A stretch of DNA of 64,000 nt from Candidatus Krumholzibacteriales bacterium (GCA_046483305.1 JAWODM010000034.1:43101-107100), one strand, 5' to 3'. Shown: positions 39,615 through 50,988, counted from the stretch's first letter. Notes: generated by a model not told the origin, from the letters alone. Translations and numbers: made by a program.

Positions 39615-40172
39615 TCATTCTCTGTTTCTTCTTTCTTCAGCTTCTTTCAGACTGAGAATACAACCGCAGTAGTCCTGCCTGGTAAGGCCGAGTTCCCTGC
39701 TTTTCTCAACGCTCAGCTTGAATCCATCCCTCTTCTTGAAATCTCCGTCATGGAACCTGACTCCATATTTTTCGGCCGCCATCCTGCCGGTTTCGAGTAT
39801 CTTCCGGTAAACCTTATGGGGGCTCACCGAAAGAGTGGTGGTGAAGATATCCATGCCCATCCCGGAAGCTCTCCTGGCGGTTTCCTCCATCCTGAGGCCG
39901 TAGCATTCCCAGCATCTTCTGCTCTTTTCCGGAAGGTGACGGTAGGGCGATACGGCCTCATCCCATAATTCGGGGCGGTACTCCCCGTATTCCAGATCGG
40001 CGCCAAAGCGTTTCGCCACCAGTTTCATTTCCTCCAGCCTGATATTATACTCTTCCTCCGGTTGAATATTTGGGTTGAAAAACAGGGTTTTGACAATATA
40101 TCTATCCTGCAGGTGAGGTATTACGTAACTGGCGCAGCAGGCGCAGCAGGTGTGAAGCAGTATGGTATTCAT
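39615..40172 (-). CDS. queH: Epoxyqueuosine reductase QueH
   Basis: LLHTCCACC, NPNIQP..EY..R, RCWECY, FTTTLSVSPHK and RQDYCGC motifs; start at ATG 40172. Confidence 0.93.
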   Translation of the reverse strand: MNTILLHTCCACCASYVIPHLQDRYIVKTLFFNPNIQPEEEYNIRLEEMKLVAKRFGADLEYGEYRPELWDEAVSPYRHLPEKSRRCWECYGLRMEETARRASGMGMDIFTTTLSVSPHKVYRKILETGRMAAEKYGVRFHDGDFKKRDGFKLSVEKSRELGLTRQDYCGCILSLKEAEERRNRE

Positions 40173-40176
40173 CGGA

Positions 40177-41562
40177 TTAACGGGAATTTGAAGACTGAGC
40201 CTGAGAGACAGGGGGGATATCAGAGCCCGGCCTGTCTGAACCTTGCCCGTCACCGCTTGAGCTGTAATAAATCCCGTTCTGAATTTCTATGGAATTGAGC
40301 TCTGCCAGGAGTTCGTTCTTCAACAGGTTGAACTCCGGCATGGCCGTCTCGGCGACCGGGCTTGCCGGAGGCAGATCCAGTTTCCTGGGATTGACGAAAC
40401 GCCCGTTCTTCTTGATTCTGTAATCCAGATGGGGGCCGGTGGAGTAACCGGTTGAGCCGACATAACCTATTATCTGCCCCTGTTTGACATTGGCTCCGTA
40501 TTTTATCCCGGAGGCGAACTTCTGAAGGTGCAGATAGTACGAGATATAATTGCTGTTATGACGGATCTTTATATAGTTTCCGTTCGCCCTGGTCCGGGAA
40601 GCCTTTATTACAGTTCCCTCGCCGGTGGAATGAACCGGGGTGCCGAGCGGGGCGGCATAGTCTATCCCCAGGTGAGACCTGTAGTGATGAAGAACCGGAT
40701 GGTAACGCCGGTAACTGAAGTTGGAACTGATCCTGGTGTAGGAAAGCGGCGCCCTGAGAAGCTGCTTCCGGAGGGAATTGCCCATTTCGTCGTAATAATC
40801 GTAAAAATCTTCCCCGTCATTCCTGAACAGGAAAGCGTAATGCTTCTCCCCGTCGCAGTTGAATTCACAGGAGATGATTTTTCCTATTCTGTTTACCGTT
40901 TTTCCCCCCGGTTTTCTGATCTTCTTCTCCTCGTAAACCAGGCGGAAGTAATCTCCGCGTCTGAGTTCGGTGAAGAAGTCGATGTCCCACTGGTAGATAT
41001 TACTGATTTCTCCGGCCAGCTCAAAGGGCAGGTTATTTTCCTGCACGGTATGGTAGAGTGAATTGTCTATAATCCCGGATGCGATCTTTCTATGAACAGT
41101 ATAGGGGTAGTGCCTTCTTCTTACGGATATATCCCCGGGGGAAAGGCTGATATCAAGATACTGCTCATCATCTATGGACATCTGAATTCCGGTTACCTCT
41201 CCGCCGGGGCTCCGGAATACCGAATATTTCTGGCCTGGATAAATCTTCCTCAGGTTGTAAACCCCATTGGAGGCCTTTATTATTCCATGGACCTTCTGTG
41301 GAGAGATGTATCTGCACATCAGATCGAAAAAGTTCATATTCCTGCCCACGGTGCCGTCTATGGAACTTACCTCCGGGGGGGAGGCTTCCGGTTCGGCCCC
41401 GGCATTTTCCACTTCGGCCGCGGTTTTTTCAGCCGGCTCACGCACCTTCCCGTTTTCTCCGCCGCCACCTCTTCCGCTGTAAATAACCAGGGAGAAGATG
41501 AGAATAATGGCAAGGAAGATTACCAATCCGGCTATCAGGTTATTTCTGTTTGTTTCAATCAT
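40177..41562 (-). CDS. M23 family peptidoglycan DD-endopeptidase (MepM-like)
   Basis: N-terminal TM, HLGIDYAAP, YLHL and STGPHLDY motifs. Confidence 0.94.
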   Translation of the reverse strand: MIETNRNNLIAGLVIFLAIILIFSLVIYSGRGGGGENGKVREPAEKTAAEVENAGAEPEASPPEVSSIDGTVGRNMNFFDLMCRYISPQKVHGIIKASNGVYNLRKIYPGQKYSVFRSPGGEVTGIQMSIDDEQYLDISLSPGDISVRRRHYPYTVHRKIASGIIDNSLYHTVQENNLPFELAGEISNIYQWDIDFFTELRRGDYFRLVYEEKKIRKPGGKTVNRIGKIISCEFNCDGEKHYAFLFRNDGEDFYDYYDEMGNSLRKQLLRAPLSYTRISSNFSYRRYHPVLHHYRSHLGIDYAAPLGTPVHSTGEGTVIKASRTRANGNYIKIRHNSNYISYYLHLQKFASGIKYGANVKQGQIIGYVGSTGYSTGPHLDYRIKKNGRFVNPRKLDLPPASPVAETAMPEFNLLKNELLAELNSIEIQNGIYYSSSGDGQGSDRPGSDIPPVSQAQSSNSR

Positions 41563-42042
41563 AAATATTCCCGTATTAACTTGATAGAATATATCGTTAT
41601 TACGAGAAAATGGTCAAGGAATATTTTGGTTTCTGACACGTAATATTTACGATATATCTGAATCAATGCGCATCAGATTGTCTGCCTCCAGCCGATATGT
41701 TGTTTATTGCAAGCGCCGTACCTGAATCATACCCTTTATTGAAATCAGCCCGGGAAAATTGATCATATTCGACCCTGATCGCGCCGATCTACCCTGTAAT
41801 TCAAAATGGCTGATTATTACGATGGCTTTCTTGTTGAACTGTCCGGGTATTCCGCCGGTTTCTGGGTAAGGCGGGAAGGGCGGGGTGGCCGCGAGAGCTG
41901 AAAGTGACGGAGATCTTTCCCTCATTCTCTGGCCGGGCGGGCTGAACCTCCGGGAAAAGCCTGTCTGTTATCCTGCCGAGTTGAAAAAACCTCCTTTTCC
42001 AGGTATAATTCCGGTTGAGGATATCGATCAGGGAGGCGCCGC

Positions 42043-43038
42043 ATGGAAGACGAACAGAGAAGACGGGATATCAGAAAAGAGATTGACGATCTCAAGAGGA
42101 AGGCTTCCGAAAAATTCCGGAGTAAGGGGATACCCGAACCTGCCAGGGGATTTCTGGAGCGGGCTTCCCGGTTCGACCCTCCCGCCGGAGGTTCAGGCCC
42201 GGCCCGAAACAACGGCCGGGAATCGAGGAGCGAGGAAGAAATTGTCCTTGGCGGATTGAGGGATATTATACGGGAAACCAATGAGAGGGAAAAGGCAGCG
42301 GCCGGGGGAGAGGAAGTTTTTGTTGATCTGGAGGCGGCGGTTTCGGGTGAGGAGACCGCATTCGGCTCCGGGGCGTTTTTCCGGATAACCGACCGTTGCG
42401 GCGATCTTGAAAACGGAGAATGGGGTAATTACCCGGAGATTCTATCGGATTCAGCTGAGTCTGACATTCCTGGAGATACCTCCCTGAAACTGCTGAGCAG
42501 TATTGAACCGGAGCGGGTCTGTTATCTGGATATTGAGACAACCGGCCTTAAATCTGTCCCCCTGTTCCTGATAGGCCTGCTGTATCAGGATGGAGACCGT
42601 CTGTTAATAGATCAGCTTTTTGCCCGTGACTACGGCGAGGAAAAATCTCTTCTGGAATTTGCATCCGATTACCTGAAGCGCTTCAGCCTGGTGGTAACCT
42701 TCAACGGAAGAAGCTTTGACATACCTTATATACTGGAGAGAATGGATCTCTGGGGGGTCGACCGTTTCAGCTTCGAGAAGCACCTTGACCTTCTTCACCT
42801 GTCCAGGAAGATGGTAGGCGGGAAGACTCCCAACCACAAGCTTCAGACGCTGGAGCGGTATCTGCTGGGAAGCAGAAGGATAGGCGATACCCCGGGATAC
42901 CGGATTCCTGATCTGTATCACGATTTCGTAAAGAGCGGAAACGCGGCCGGTATAGCCGGCATTATCGAACATAACCGTATTGATCTGGTTTCCATGGTCC
43001 GCCTGGTGACGCTGTTTCTCTCAGGCCCATTGCCCTGA
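42043..43038 (+). CDS. RNase H-like DEDDh exonuclease (YprB/MrfB-like)
   Basis: YLDIETTGL, TFNGRSFDIP, HLDLL and HNRIDL motifs. Confidence 0.88.
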   Translation: MEDEQRRRDIRKEIDDLKRKASEKFRSKGIPEPARGFLERASRFDPPAGGSGPARNNGRESRSEEEIVLGGLRDIIRETNEREKAAAGGEEVFVDLEAAVSGEETAFGSGAFFRITDRCGDLENGEWGNYPEILSDSAESDIPGDTSLKLLSSIEPERVCYLDIETTGLKSVPLFLIGLLYQDGDRLLIDQLFARDYGEEKSLLEFASDYLKRFSLVVTFNGRSFDIPYILERMDLWGVDRFSFEKHLDLLHLSRKMVGGKTPNHKLQTLERYLLGSRRIGDTPGYRIPDLYHDFVKSGNAAGIAGIIEHNRIDLVSMVRLVTLFLSGPLP

Positions 43039-43110
43039 GAAAAAATTCCCTGTTAACGGCCGCTTCATTAAGTTAGAATACTTTGCAGGTAAGACAGCCG
43101 AGGAGAGATA

Positions 43111-45540
43111 TTGAATACTGAAAAGTTCCTCAACAAAATCAGAAACAGCGATTTCTACAGCGGTCAGATAGTTCACTGCCACAGGATAGAACCCCGCGGC
43201 GCCCGCACCGGCAGCCTGAAGAAAGGGCTTCCTGACAGGCTGGCCGAAGTTCTTGCCGGTTCCGGAATAGATCAGCTTTACTCCCACCAGGTAGAAGCGG
43301 TGGAGAATCTTCGCGAGGGAAACAGCGTAGTAGTGGTTACATCCACAGCCAGCGGGAAGACCCTCTGCTATAACATCCCGGTCCTGGAGCGTTTCCTGGA
43401 GAATGGCCAGGCCAGGGCGCTCTATATCTATCCCACCAAGGCGCTGGCCCAGGATCAGCTGAGAGTGCTGGACCGTTACAGCAGGCAGGGGATCAATATC
43501 AAAGCCGGCACTTACGACGGCGACACCCCCGGATCCCAGAGAAGGCAGTTGAGGGAGGAAGCAAATATTATACTCACCAACCCGGACATGCTTCACTCCG
43601 GCATCCTTCCCAATCACGCGAAATGGGCGGGATTCTTCTCCCGCCTGGATTTCGTGGTAATCGACGAGATTCATACCTACCGGGGGATTTTCGGGTCTCA
43701 CGTATCCAACGTCATCAGGAGGCTGGAGAGAATAACACGGCATTACGGGGCGGCCCCCGTCTATGCGGCTTCATCGGCTACCATAGCGAACCCGGGGGAA
43801 CACGCGGAAAGGCTCATGGGAAGAAAGGTCAAGGTGATAAGCCGGGACGGATCTCCCAGAGGAGAGAAGAAGTTCATCATGTGGAACCCTCCCACCCTGG
43901 ATGAAATCGGGATAGACCGGAAAAGCTCCAATACCGAGGCTGCCGAGATAATAGCCAGGCTGATGATGGATGATATACAGACCATTGCGTTTGTAAGAGC
44001 AAGAGTTGTCAGCGAGGTGCTGACCCGCTATGTAAGAGGTATTATGGAAGGGTCCAGGGCGGGGAAAAAAGATGCGGTTCATCCCTACCGGGGGGGGTAC
44101 CTACCCGGCGAGCGCAGGGAAATAGAAAAACGGCTGTTCGAAGGGGACCTTAAAGCGGTAATAAGCACCAATGCTCTGGAACTGGGGATCGATGTGGGGG
44201 CTCTTCACGCCTCGGTGATAGTCGGTTATCCGGGGAGCATAGCCTCGACCTGGCAGCAGGCCGGAAGGGCGGGGCGGGGAGAAGAGGAATCAGTTGTTTT
44301 CTTTATTCCCCACAATACCCCCCTGGATCAATACCTCATTAAACATCCCGAGTATTTCTTCGGAAGGTCTCCTGAGAACGCCATCATTGATCCCGGTAAT
44401 CCCCACGTGCTGCTGGGACAGATCAGGACAGCCGCCTTTGAGCTTCCTCTCTCCGGAGAGGAGGTGGGGGAAATGGGAGAGTACGCCCCTGCCATAGCCC
44501 GGCTTCTGGAGGAGGAAGGTGAACTGAACTATCTCCGGGGCGACTGGTACTGGCGGGGGAAGGGTTATCCCAGCGCCTCGGTTAACCTCAGGAATATATC
44601 CCCGAACACCTACACCATAATAGATACCACATCAGGCAACAGCGTTATCGGAACCATCGATGAAGCCAGCGCTTTTCAGCAGGTTCACCCTCAGGCAATC
44701 TATCTGCATGAGGCGGAGACCTATATGGTTGACCGGCTCGATATCGACAGAAGGACGGCAATGGTGAGCCGGTGCGATGTGGATTACTATACCCAGTCTA
44801 TTACTGAAACGCAGGTGAAGGTGGACCGGGACGAGAAGAGGGAAAAGTGGAGGGTCAGCGAACTGGCTTTCGGCGACGTTTCGGTTACAGACCTCACCTT
44901 CATGTTCAGGAAGATAAAGTTTGGAAGCAGGGATTCGATAGGATACGGCAAGTGCGATCTGCCTCCCCAGATTCTAAAGACAGCCGGCCTGTGGCTGGTG
45001 CCGCCTCCGGGTGTTTTCAGCACGGTCAGAGAGTGGGGGAGGATCCCCTCCGAGGGGCTGCTCGGCCTTTCCAATGTTCTTCGCGAAGTGGTGCCGCTGT
45101 TCGTAATGTGCGATCCCCTGGACATCGGAACCACCGTAAATGCCCGTTCGACCAGGGGGCAGGCTGTATATCTCTACGATAAGTATCCCGGAGGGCTGGG
45201 CTTTTCGCTCAAGGCATTCGATCTTATCGAGGAGATCATGATAGCATCGCTGGAGCTGATCGAATCCTGTTCCTGCAGGAGAGGGTGCCCCTCCTGCGTG
45301 GGTTCGCCGATACCTCCCTTCTCACAGCTCGATCCCGATACCGGAGGAAGAGGGATGATCCCGGACAGGGAAGCGGCGCTGATGATCCTGCACGCTCTCC
45401 TGGAGATGAAACCATACCGGCCGGCCGCTCCCAGGAGAGAATCAGGCGGCCCTGAGGTTGAGAGGCCATCCGGGAAATCGCTTCCGGTGGAACTGGAGGG
45501 TAAGCTCCGGGAAGAAATTTATAATCGGACAAGAAAATAG
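43111..45540 (+). CDS. DEAD/DEAH helicase with DUF1998 (YprA/MrfA/Hrq1-like)
   Basis: TASGKT, DEIH, SAT and QQAGRAGR motifs; C-terminal C...CSCRRGCPSC metal-binding motif. Confidence 0.94.
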   Translation: MNTEKFLNKIRNSDFYSGQIVHCHRIEPRGARTGSLKKGLPDRLAEVLAGSGIDQLYSHQVEAVENLREGNSVVVVTSTASGKTLCYNIPVLERFLENGQARALYIYPTKALAQDQLRVLDRYSRQGINIKAGTYDGDTPGSQRRQLREEANIILTNPDMLHSGILPNHAKWAGFFSRLDFVVIDEIHTYRGIFGSHVSNVIRRLERITRHYGAAPVYAASSATIANPGEHAERLMGRKVKVISRDGSPRGEKKFIMWNPPTLDEIGIDRKSSNTEAAEIIARLMMDDIQTIAFVRARVVSEVLTRYVRGIMEGSRAGKKDAVHPYRGGYLPGERREIEKRLFEGDLKAVISTNALELGIDVGALHASVIVGYPGSIASTWQQAGRAGRGEEESVVFFIPHNTPLDQYLIKHPEYFFGRSPENAIIDPGNPHVLLGQIRTAAFELPLSGEEVGEMGEYAPAIARLLEEEGELNYLRGDWYWRGKGYPSASVNLRNISPNTYTIIDTTSGNSVIGTIDEASAFQQVHPQAIYLHEAETYMVDRLDIDRRTAMVSRCDVDYYTQSITETQVKVDRDEKREKWRVSELAFGDVSVTDLTFMFRKIKFGSRDSIGYGKCDLPPQILKTAGLWLVPPPGVFSTVREWGRIPSEGLLGLSNVLREVVPLFVMCDPLDIGTTVNARSTRGQAVYLYDKYPGGLGFSLKAFDLIEEIMIASLELIESCSCRRGCPSCVGSPIPPFSQLDPDTGGRGMIPDREAALMILHALLEMKPYRPAAPRRESGGPEVERPSGKSLPVELEGKLREEIYNRTRK

Positions 45541-45718
45541 GCTTTAATCGAAACCCGGGAGCGGAAATTCCGAAAAAAACAGGGATCAGGCAATACTGTG
45601 TTTGACCACCGGCTGATCCTTTGATATATTGATTTCAAATTATTCCGGTCGTCTGTGAGCCGGCAGGGCTCCGCCGGGCCCGGCGACCAGAGCTCTTAAC
45701 AGAAACAGGAGGAACCCT

Positions 45719-46093
45719 ATGAGGGTAATCAAGCATTACCGGGTACACCTGGGAACTTTCGCCTGGATTCTTCACCGGCTGTCCGGTTTGGGTTTGATCT
45801 TTTACTTACTGCTTCACATATGGGTTATCGGCCACCTTGCCGGAGGCGAAGAATCCTTCGACTCAATTATGGAATTCTTCAGCAATCCGCTTTTCAAAAT
45901 TCTGGAAATCGGATTGATAGGAGTAATATTCTACCATCTGTTCAACGGCCTGAGACTGACCATAATGGATATGGGCTGGCTGGTAGAAAAACAGAAGTCC
46001 CTTTTTGTGATTTTCGTAATAATCTGGTTGATATCGTGGTTTGCCGTATCCGGAGTAATGTATATGAAGTACTTCGGTTCGGCGGCCGGATAA
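45719..46093 (+). CDS. sdhC: Succinate dehydrogenase cytochrome b subunit
   Basis: HRLSG and YHLFNGLR motifs, three TM helices, operon context. Confidence 0.94.
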   Translation: MRVIKHYRVHLGTFAWILHRLSGLGLIFYLLLHIWVIGHLAGGEESFDSIMEFFSNPLFKILEIGLIGVIFYHLFNGLRLTIMDMGWLVEKQKSLFVIFVIIWLISWFAVSGVMYMKYFGSAAG

Positions 46094-46106
46094 GGGAGGG
46101 AGCAAG

Positions 46107-46466
46107 ATGTACAAGAGAAATGTCAGATCGGGCGGTGCTCTCCTGTGGTTGTTCCAGAGGATCAGCGGTATATATCTCGCGGTGATCCTGGCTGTTCATG
46201 TAATTCTGCTTCACGTTATGATAGACGGAGAAGTTACCTGGGCAGCGGTTGCCGAGCGCGCTTCCTCGCCGATGTGGAAAATGATAAATATATCCTTCCT
46301 GCTGGTAGCGCTTTTTCACGGCCTCTACGGCCTGTGGATAGTGCTGGACGACTATCTGGATGCCGGCTGGGCCAGGGTATTAATTTTCAGTTTGATATCG
46401 GTAATTACTCTGGTTTTTGCCGTATACGGAACAATTACCATGCTCACCTTTCATGTGGGAGGTTAA
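46107..46466 (+). CDS. sdhD: Succinate dehydrogenase hydrophobic anchor subunit
   Basis: WLFQRISG and FHGLYGL..VLDDY motifs. Confidence 0.92.
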   Translation: MYKRNVRSGGALLWLFQRISGIYLAVILAVHVILLHVMIDGEVTWAAVAERASSPMWKMINISFLLVALFHGLYGLWIVLDDYLDAGWARVLIFSLISVITLVFAVYGTITMLTFHVGG

Positions 46467-46472
46467 TCGATA

Positions 46473-48257
46473 ATGTTTAATAACGATCCTGAAACTATAC
46501 ATGATATAAAGGGAGTGCCCATACACAGCGTGTATCAGCACGATGTAGTCATTGTGGGCGCCGGACTGGCCGGGTTGCGGGCGGCGATCGAAGTTGCCGC
46601 CGATCACGATACCGCTGTTATCAGCAAGGTGTTCCCCACCCGCTCTCATAGCGGCGCCGCCCAGGGCGGCATCGCGGCCTCGCTGGCCAATGAAGAAGAA
46701 GATCACTGGGAATGGCACATGTTCGATACCGTGAAGGGGAGCGACTACCTGGGCGACCAGGAGGCCATCGAGATTCTGGTAAAAGAGGCCCCGGTAGTGG
46801 TGAGGGAATTCGAGCATTACGGAGTGCCCTATTCCAGGACCAGCGAGGGCCGGATTGCCCAGAGGAAATTCGGCGGGCATACCAAGGATTTCGGCAGGGG
46901 CGGCCCCGTATTGCGGGCCTGTTACGCGGCGGACAGAACCGGCCATGTCCTGCTTCACACCCTTTATGAACAGTGCATAAAACACCAGGTCCGGTTCTAC
47001 TCCGAATACTATGCCCTCTCTCTGATAATAGAAGACGATGTCTGCCGGGGATTGGCAGTGTGGGATATGATTAACGGGGGAGTCCATGTAATACGGGCCA
47101 AGGCCGTTCTTTTCGGAACCGGGGGGTACGGCAGGGTATTCAAGATAACCTCGAACGCTTTCGCGAATACCGGAGACGGCCTCAGCCTTACCATGAGAGC
47201 GGGGATCCCGCTGGAAGACCTCGAATTCGTTCAGTTTCATCCCACCGGACTCTACAAGCAGGGTATCCTGGTAACCGAGGGAGCGCGTGGCGAAGGGGGG
47301 TATCTTCTGAACGGCAAGGGCGAGCGGTTCATGGAGAAATACGCTCCGGAAAAGATGGAACTGGCGCCCAGAGACCTGGTTTCCCGTTCGATCCAGACAG
47401 AAATTAATGAGGGAAGGGGCATCAACGGAGAGGATTACGTCCATATAGATATCCGTCACCTCGGCAGGGATAACATTCTCAGGAAACTGCCCCAGATACA
47501 TGAGCTGGCCCTGAAATTCCTGGATGTCGACTGCATAGAGGAACCGATCCCTATTCAGCCCACCGCTCATTATTCGATGGGAGGGATTCCGGTGGATATT
47601 CATGGCAGGGTGCTTGCCGACGGAAAGCAGAAACCGGTAAAGGGCTTCTATGCTGCCGGTGAATGCGCCTGTGTAAGTGTTCACGGAGCCAACAGGCTGG
47701 GAACCAACTCGCTCCTGGAGGCGTCCCTGTTCGGCAGAAGAGCGGGCAAGGCGATGGATGAATTCCTTCATGAAACAGAGGACTTCGCTCCGATCCCGCC
47801 GGATGCCGCTCAGTCGGCCCTGAAGGAAGTGGATACCATGCTGTCAGCGGACGGCGATGAAAAGCTGGTTGATATCAGGAGAGAGATGCAGGAGAAGATG
47901 ATGCTGAAGTGCGGGATATTCCGGGATGCCTCTTCTCTGAAGGAGATGATGGACGATATTCACTCCCTTCAGGAGAGATTCAGGAATATCAAAGTGAGCG
48001 ACAGGAGCAAGACCTATAATTACGATCTGATCGAGGCGCTGGAGCTTGGCCACATGCTGGAGTTTGCAGAAGTGATTGTAGCTGCGGCCATTAATCGCGA
48101 GGAGAGTAGAGGCGCTCACAGCAGAACTGATTTTCCCGACAGGGATGACGATAACTGGCTCAAACATACCCTGGCATGGAAGAAGGACGGAAAGGTCGAA
48201 TTTGACTACAAGCCGGTGACTATAACCAGATTCCAGCCGAAAGAACGGAAATATTAA
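46473..48257 (+). CDS. sdhA: Succinate dehydrogenase/fumarate reductase flavoprotein subunit
   Basis: [29 protein letters not shown] and ESRGAH motifs. Confidence 0.97.
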   Translation: MFNNDPETIHDIKGVPIHSVYQHDVVIVGAGLAGLRAAIEVAADHDTAVISKVFPTRSHSGAAQGGIAASLANEEEDHWEWHMFDTVKGSDYLGDQEAIEILVKEAPVVVREFEHYGVPYSRTSEGRIAQRKFGGHTKDFGRGGPVLRACYAADRTGHVLLHTLYEQCIKHQVRFYSEYYALSLIIEDDVCRGLAVWDMINGGVHVIRAKAVLFGTGGYGRVFKITSNAFANTGDGLSLTMRAGIPLEDLEFVQFHPTGLYKQGILVTEGARGEGGYLLNGKGERFMEKYAPEKMELAPRDLVSRSIQTEINEGRGINGEDYVHIDIRHLGRDNILRKLPQIHELALKFLDVDCIEEPIPIQPTAHYSMGGIPVDIHGRVLADGKQKPVKGFYAAGECACVSVHGANRLGTNSLLEASLFGRRAGKAMDEFLHETEDFAPIPPDAAQSALKEVDTMLSADGDEKLVDIRREMQEKMMLKCGIFRDASSLKEMMDDIHSLQERFRNIKVSDRSKTYNYDLIEALELGHMLEFAEVIVAAAINREESRGAHSRTDFPDRDDDNWLKHTLAWKKDGKVEFDYKPVTITRFQPKERKY

Positions 48258-48270
48258 AGGAGGCTTTTTA

Positions 48271-48984
48271 ATGAAAAAGTTAACTTTCAAGATTAACCGC
48301 TATAATCCTGATGATGAACGCACTGGCCATTTCATGCAGGAGTACGAACTGGAAGTGCCCTCCGGCCACACCGTTCTGGACTGCCTCAACGACATTAAAT
48401 GGAATCAGGACGGAACATTGACTTTCCGCCGTTCATGCCGCAGCGGTATCTGCGGGTCCTGCGCAATGACCATTAATGGCGTCAATATGCTTGCCTGCGA
48501 GACGCAGGCCCTGGCCCTTGGAACCGATACCATAACCATCGAACCCTTAAGGGGTTGTGAAGTAATCAAGGACCTGGTGGTGTCGCTGGATTCGCTGGTC
48601 GACGGACTTTACGCGGTGAAGCCATACCTGATCGCCGATACTCCGCCTCCCACTGACCAGGAAAGGCTGCAGAGCGTGGAGGAACGCGACAGGCTGGACG
48701 GGCTCTACGAATGTATCCTCTGCGGAGCCTGCACTTCTTCATGCCCTTCTTTCTGGGCTGACAAGAAGTATATAGGACCTCACAGTCTGCTTAAGGCCTA
48801 CAGATTCATAGCTGATTCAAGGGATACCGCCCCGCAGGAGCATATGGATGCCCTGGATGACAAGCACGGCCTGTGGCGCTGCCACAGTATTTTTAACTGC
48901 GTGGAGGCCTGCCCCAAGGATCTTAATCCCACCAGGGCGATAGTGGAATTGAAGAAGGAACTGATAAAGGACAGGGTCGGGTAG
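48271..48984 (+). CDS. sdhB: Succinate dehydrogenase iron-sulfur subunit
   Basis: SCRSGICGSC, CILCGACTSSCP and CHSIFNCVEACP motifs. Confidence 0.97.
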   Translation: MKKLTFKINRYNPDDERTGHFMQEYELEVPSGHTVLDCLNDIKWNQDGTLTFRRSCRSGICGSCAMTINGVNMLACETQALALGTDTITIEPLRGCEVIKDLVVSLDSLVDGLYAVKPYLIADTPPPTDQERLQSVEERDRLDGLYECILCGACTSSCPSFWADKKYIGPHSLLKAYRFIADSRDTAPQEHMDALDDKHGLWRCHSIFNCVEACPKDLNPTRAIVELKKELIKDRVG

Positions 48985-49036
48985 GATTAAACTGTCCTTT
49001 AAGTAGTGTTTTTACCGGGAAAGGGGTTTATGCCGC

Positions 49037-49798
49037 ATGAAAAGAGTAATGCCGCCTCTTAATAATCTGATTCTGTTCCTGCTGGCCGCTTCTGTTATCA
49101 GCGCGCTGGCCTCCTGTTCGGGCGGAGAAGATGTTACATCACAGGTTATTTCAGCCTACGGGGGAGAAAAGGGGGTTGAATCGATACTTTCATTCACGGG
49201 AAGGGGGTATCTGAAGGTTCTCCCGGTTGGGGAAAAGGTAACCAATCTTCATCTCGATCTCTTCCAGGATCATATGCGGTACCGGGAAACGTACGTGGAA
49301 GTACACAAGGGAGAAGTAACCAACAAATGGATCTGGATCAGCGATGGCAGCACCGCCAGCTCCTGGTCATCAACACCGGAGACGGTGAACAGGCCGGCGC
49401 TGGAGTACAGATACCTGGAGTACAGATTCCCCCTGATTCTGGAATGGATGAGCAAATATCAGGGAGAGGCTGTGGCCAATAAGGGGCCGGGCGACCATGT
49501 TCTGAATTACCAGCTGCCGGAGATATCTGTCGAGGTGACAGTTGGGAGAAAAAGCGGCTATATTCTGAAGACGGTTATCAGTGACAGGAAGAATGACCTG
49601 ATCTACAGCGAGGATTATTCAGATTACCGGCTGATCTCGGATATGCCTTTCCCCAACAGGATTATCAAGAGCCTTAACGGGGCGCCATACTGCGAGTTCT
49701 TTATTCCGGTGATACTCTACGACCAGGCTCCGCCTGATTCAGTGTTTGCTATCTCAGAAAAGGATACCGCCGGAGCAGTTGTGGAAGCGGTTGATTGA
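49037..49798 (+). CDS. Hypothetical lipoprotein
   Basis: Lipobox LASC, AYGG motif and YSDYR...PN motif. Confidence 0.7.
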   Translation: MKRVMPPLNNLILFLLAASVISALASCSGGEDVTSQVISAYGGEKGVESILSFTGRGYLKVLPVGEKVTNLHLDLFQDHMRYRETYVEVHKGEVTNKWIWISDGSTASSWSSTPETVNRPALEYRYLEYRFPLILEWMSKYQGEAVANKGPGDHVLNYQLPEISVEVTVGRKSGYILKTVISDRKNDLIYSEDYSDYRLISDMPFPNRIIKSLNGAPYCEFFIPVILYDQAPPDSVFAISEKDTAGAVVEAVD

Positions 49799-49806
49799 CA
49801 GAGAGG

Positions 49807-50346
49807 TCAGAGCAGTTCACTTACCCTGAATACCGCGCTGAAATTGTAGCCGGCTTCCCTGATGTTCTCGGGGCCGCCTTCTTCCCTGTCCACAATTACA
49901 CCCACCCCCGCTATCACTCCACCTTCCTTCTGAACAGCTTCGGCGGCTTTCAGCAGTGAGCCGCCGGTGGTAACCACGTCTTCGACGATCACGGTCCTGA
50001 GGCCTCCGGTTATATTACCTTCCACCAGTTTTCTGGTACCGTGTTCCTTGCTCCCCTTACGGATGAGAAGCCCCTCCTTCTCTTTACCTTCAGTCGCGGC
50101 AAGAGTAAGCAGCGAGCCGATGATGGGATCCGCGCCGATTACCGGGCCGGCGAAAGCGCCGTATTCCAGCCCCTCAAATTCCTCCATCAGCAACCTGGAG
50201 GCAAGGTAGAGCCCTCTCGAATGGAGGGTGGTCATTTTGCCGTTAATGTAGTAGCTGCTTTTCTTCCCGGAAACCAGCGTAAAGTCGCCTTTGAGGATGG
50301 AGCGGGCTGTAAGTATCTCCTTCAGTTCTTCTCGATAATCGTTCAT
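49807..50346 (-). CDS. pyrE: Orotate phosphoribosyltransferase
   Basis: GDFTLVSGKKSSYY, RK..KEHG and VEDVVTTGGS motifs. Confidence 0.96.
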   Translation of the reverse strand: MNDYREELKEILTARSILKGDFTLVSGKKSSYYINGKMTTLHSRGLYLASRLLMEEFEGLEYGAFAGPVIGADPIIGSLLTLAATEGKEKEGLLIRKGSKEHGTRKLVEGNITGGLRTVIVEDVVTTGGSLLKAAEAVQKEGGVIAGVGVIVDREEGGPENIREAGYNFSAVFRVSELL

Positions 50347-50373
50347 TTTGTTTCTCCGGATTAAAAGAGTTCT

Positions 50374-50988
50374 CTACTTTCCCGTTCTCAGCATAACACC
50401 GACGCAGACCTGAAAGAAATCGGTCCGATCCTCTCCGGTGTAGTAGAAGATTATATTTCTCTGGCTGCCTCCCGAAAAGATATAATGGTACTTTCCTGAT
50501 AGTTCAATATAAATATTGTTGATTCCCAGGCGGTAGAGCGCCGCTAATCCGCCATAGAACCCCGGCTGGTAATCATTGCTGTAAAGCTCGATAAAACCGG
50601 GTTTAATCAGGGTGATCGCGTATATTCCGGGCCCCCCTTCGGCAGTCAGGTAGTAACCCCCCGTTATATTTAAGCGGTACAGGAAGGCCGCGGTCATGGA
50701 GTAGATCTGCAGTTCCGAAATTGAGTTGTTCTTCAGTACCTTGGCTTCACCGAACCCGTGCGATGAGAGAGCGATATTTATCCCGAAATTATCCCCCAGC
50801 CCTTCCAGAAAATGGACTTCCAGTTCGCTTCCCCTCCCGAAGGCCCTGTCGAGTTCTCCGGAATTGAAGACAGTTCCAAGGCGAAAGCCCAGAAGTTCTT
50901 TTCCCTTGATGCTGCCGGCCCGGGATTCCGCGGGTGGAAGGAGCAGCAGCATTAAGGTGCATACGATTATTATGTTATTACTTCTCAT
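50374..50988 (-). CDS. Small outer-membrane beta-barrel protein
   Basis: Signal peptide and about 8 amphipathic beta-strands. Confidence 0.7.
   Translation of the reverse strand: MRSNNIIIVCTLMLLLLPPAESRAGSIKGKELLGFRLGTVFNSGELDRAFGRGSELEVHFLEGLGDNFGINIALSSHGFGEAKVLKNNSISELQIYSMTAAFLYRLNITGGYYLTAEGGPGIYAITLIKPGFIELYSNDYQPGFYGGLAALYRLGINNIYIELSGKYHYIFSGGSQRNIIFYYTGEDRTDFFQVCVGVMLRTGK

Noticed and set aside
41580..42040. Possible ncRNA or small ORFs in the divergent intergenic region
   Set aside because: No recognisable RNA family or strong stem; the ORFs lack an RBS or motifs.
46380..47771. 463-aa minus-strand ORF
   Set aside because: Antisense shadow of the highly conserved sdhA; typical codon-bias artefact.
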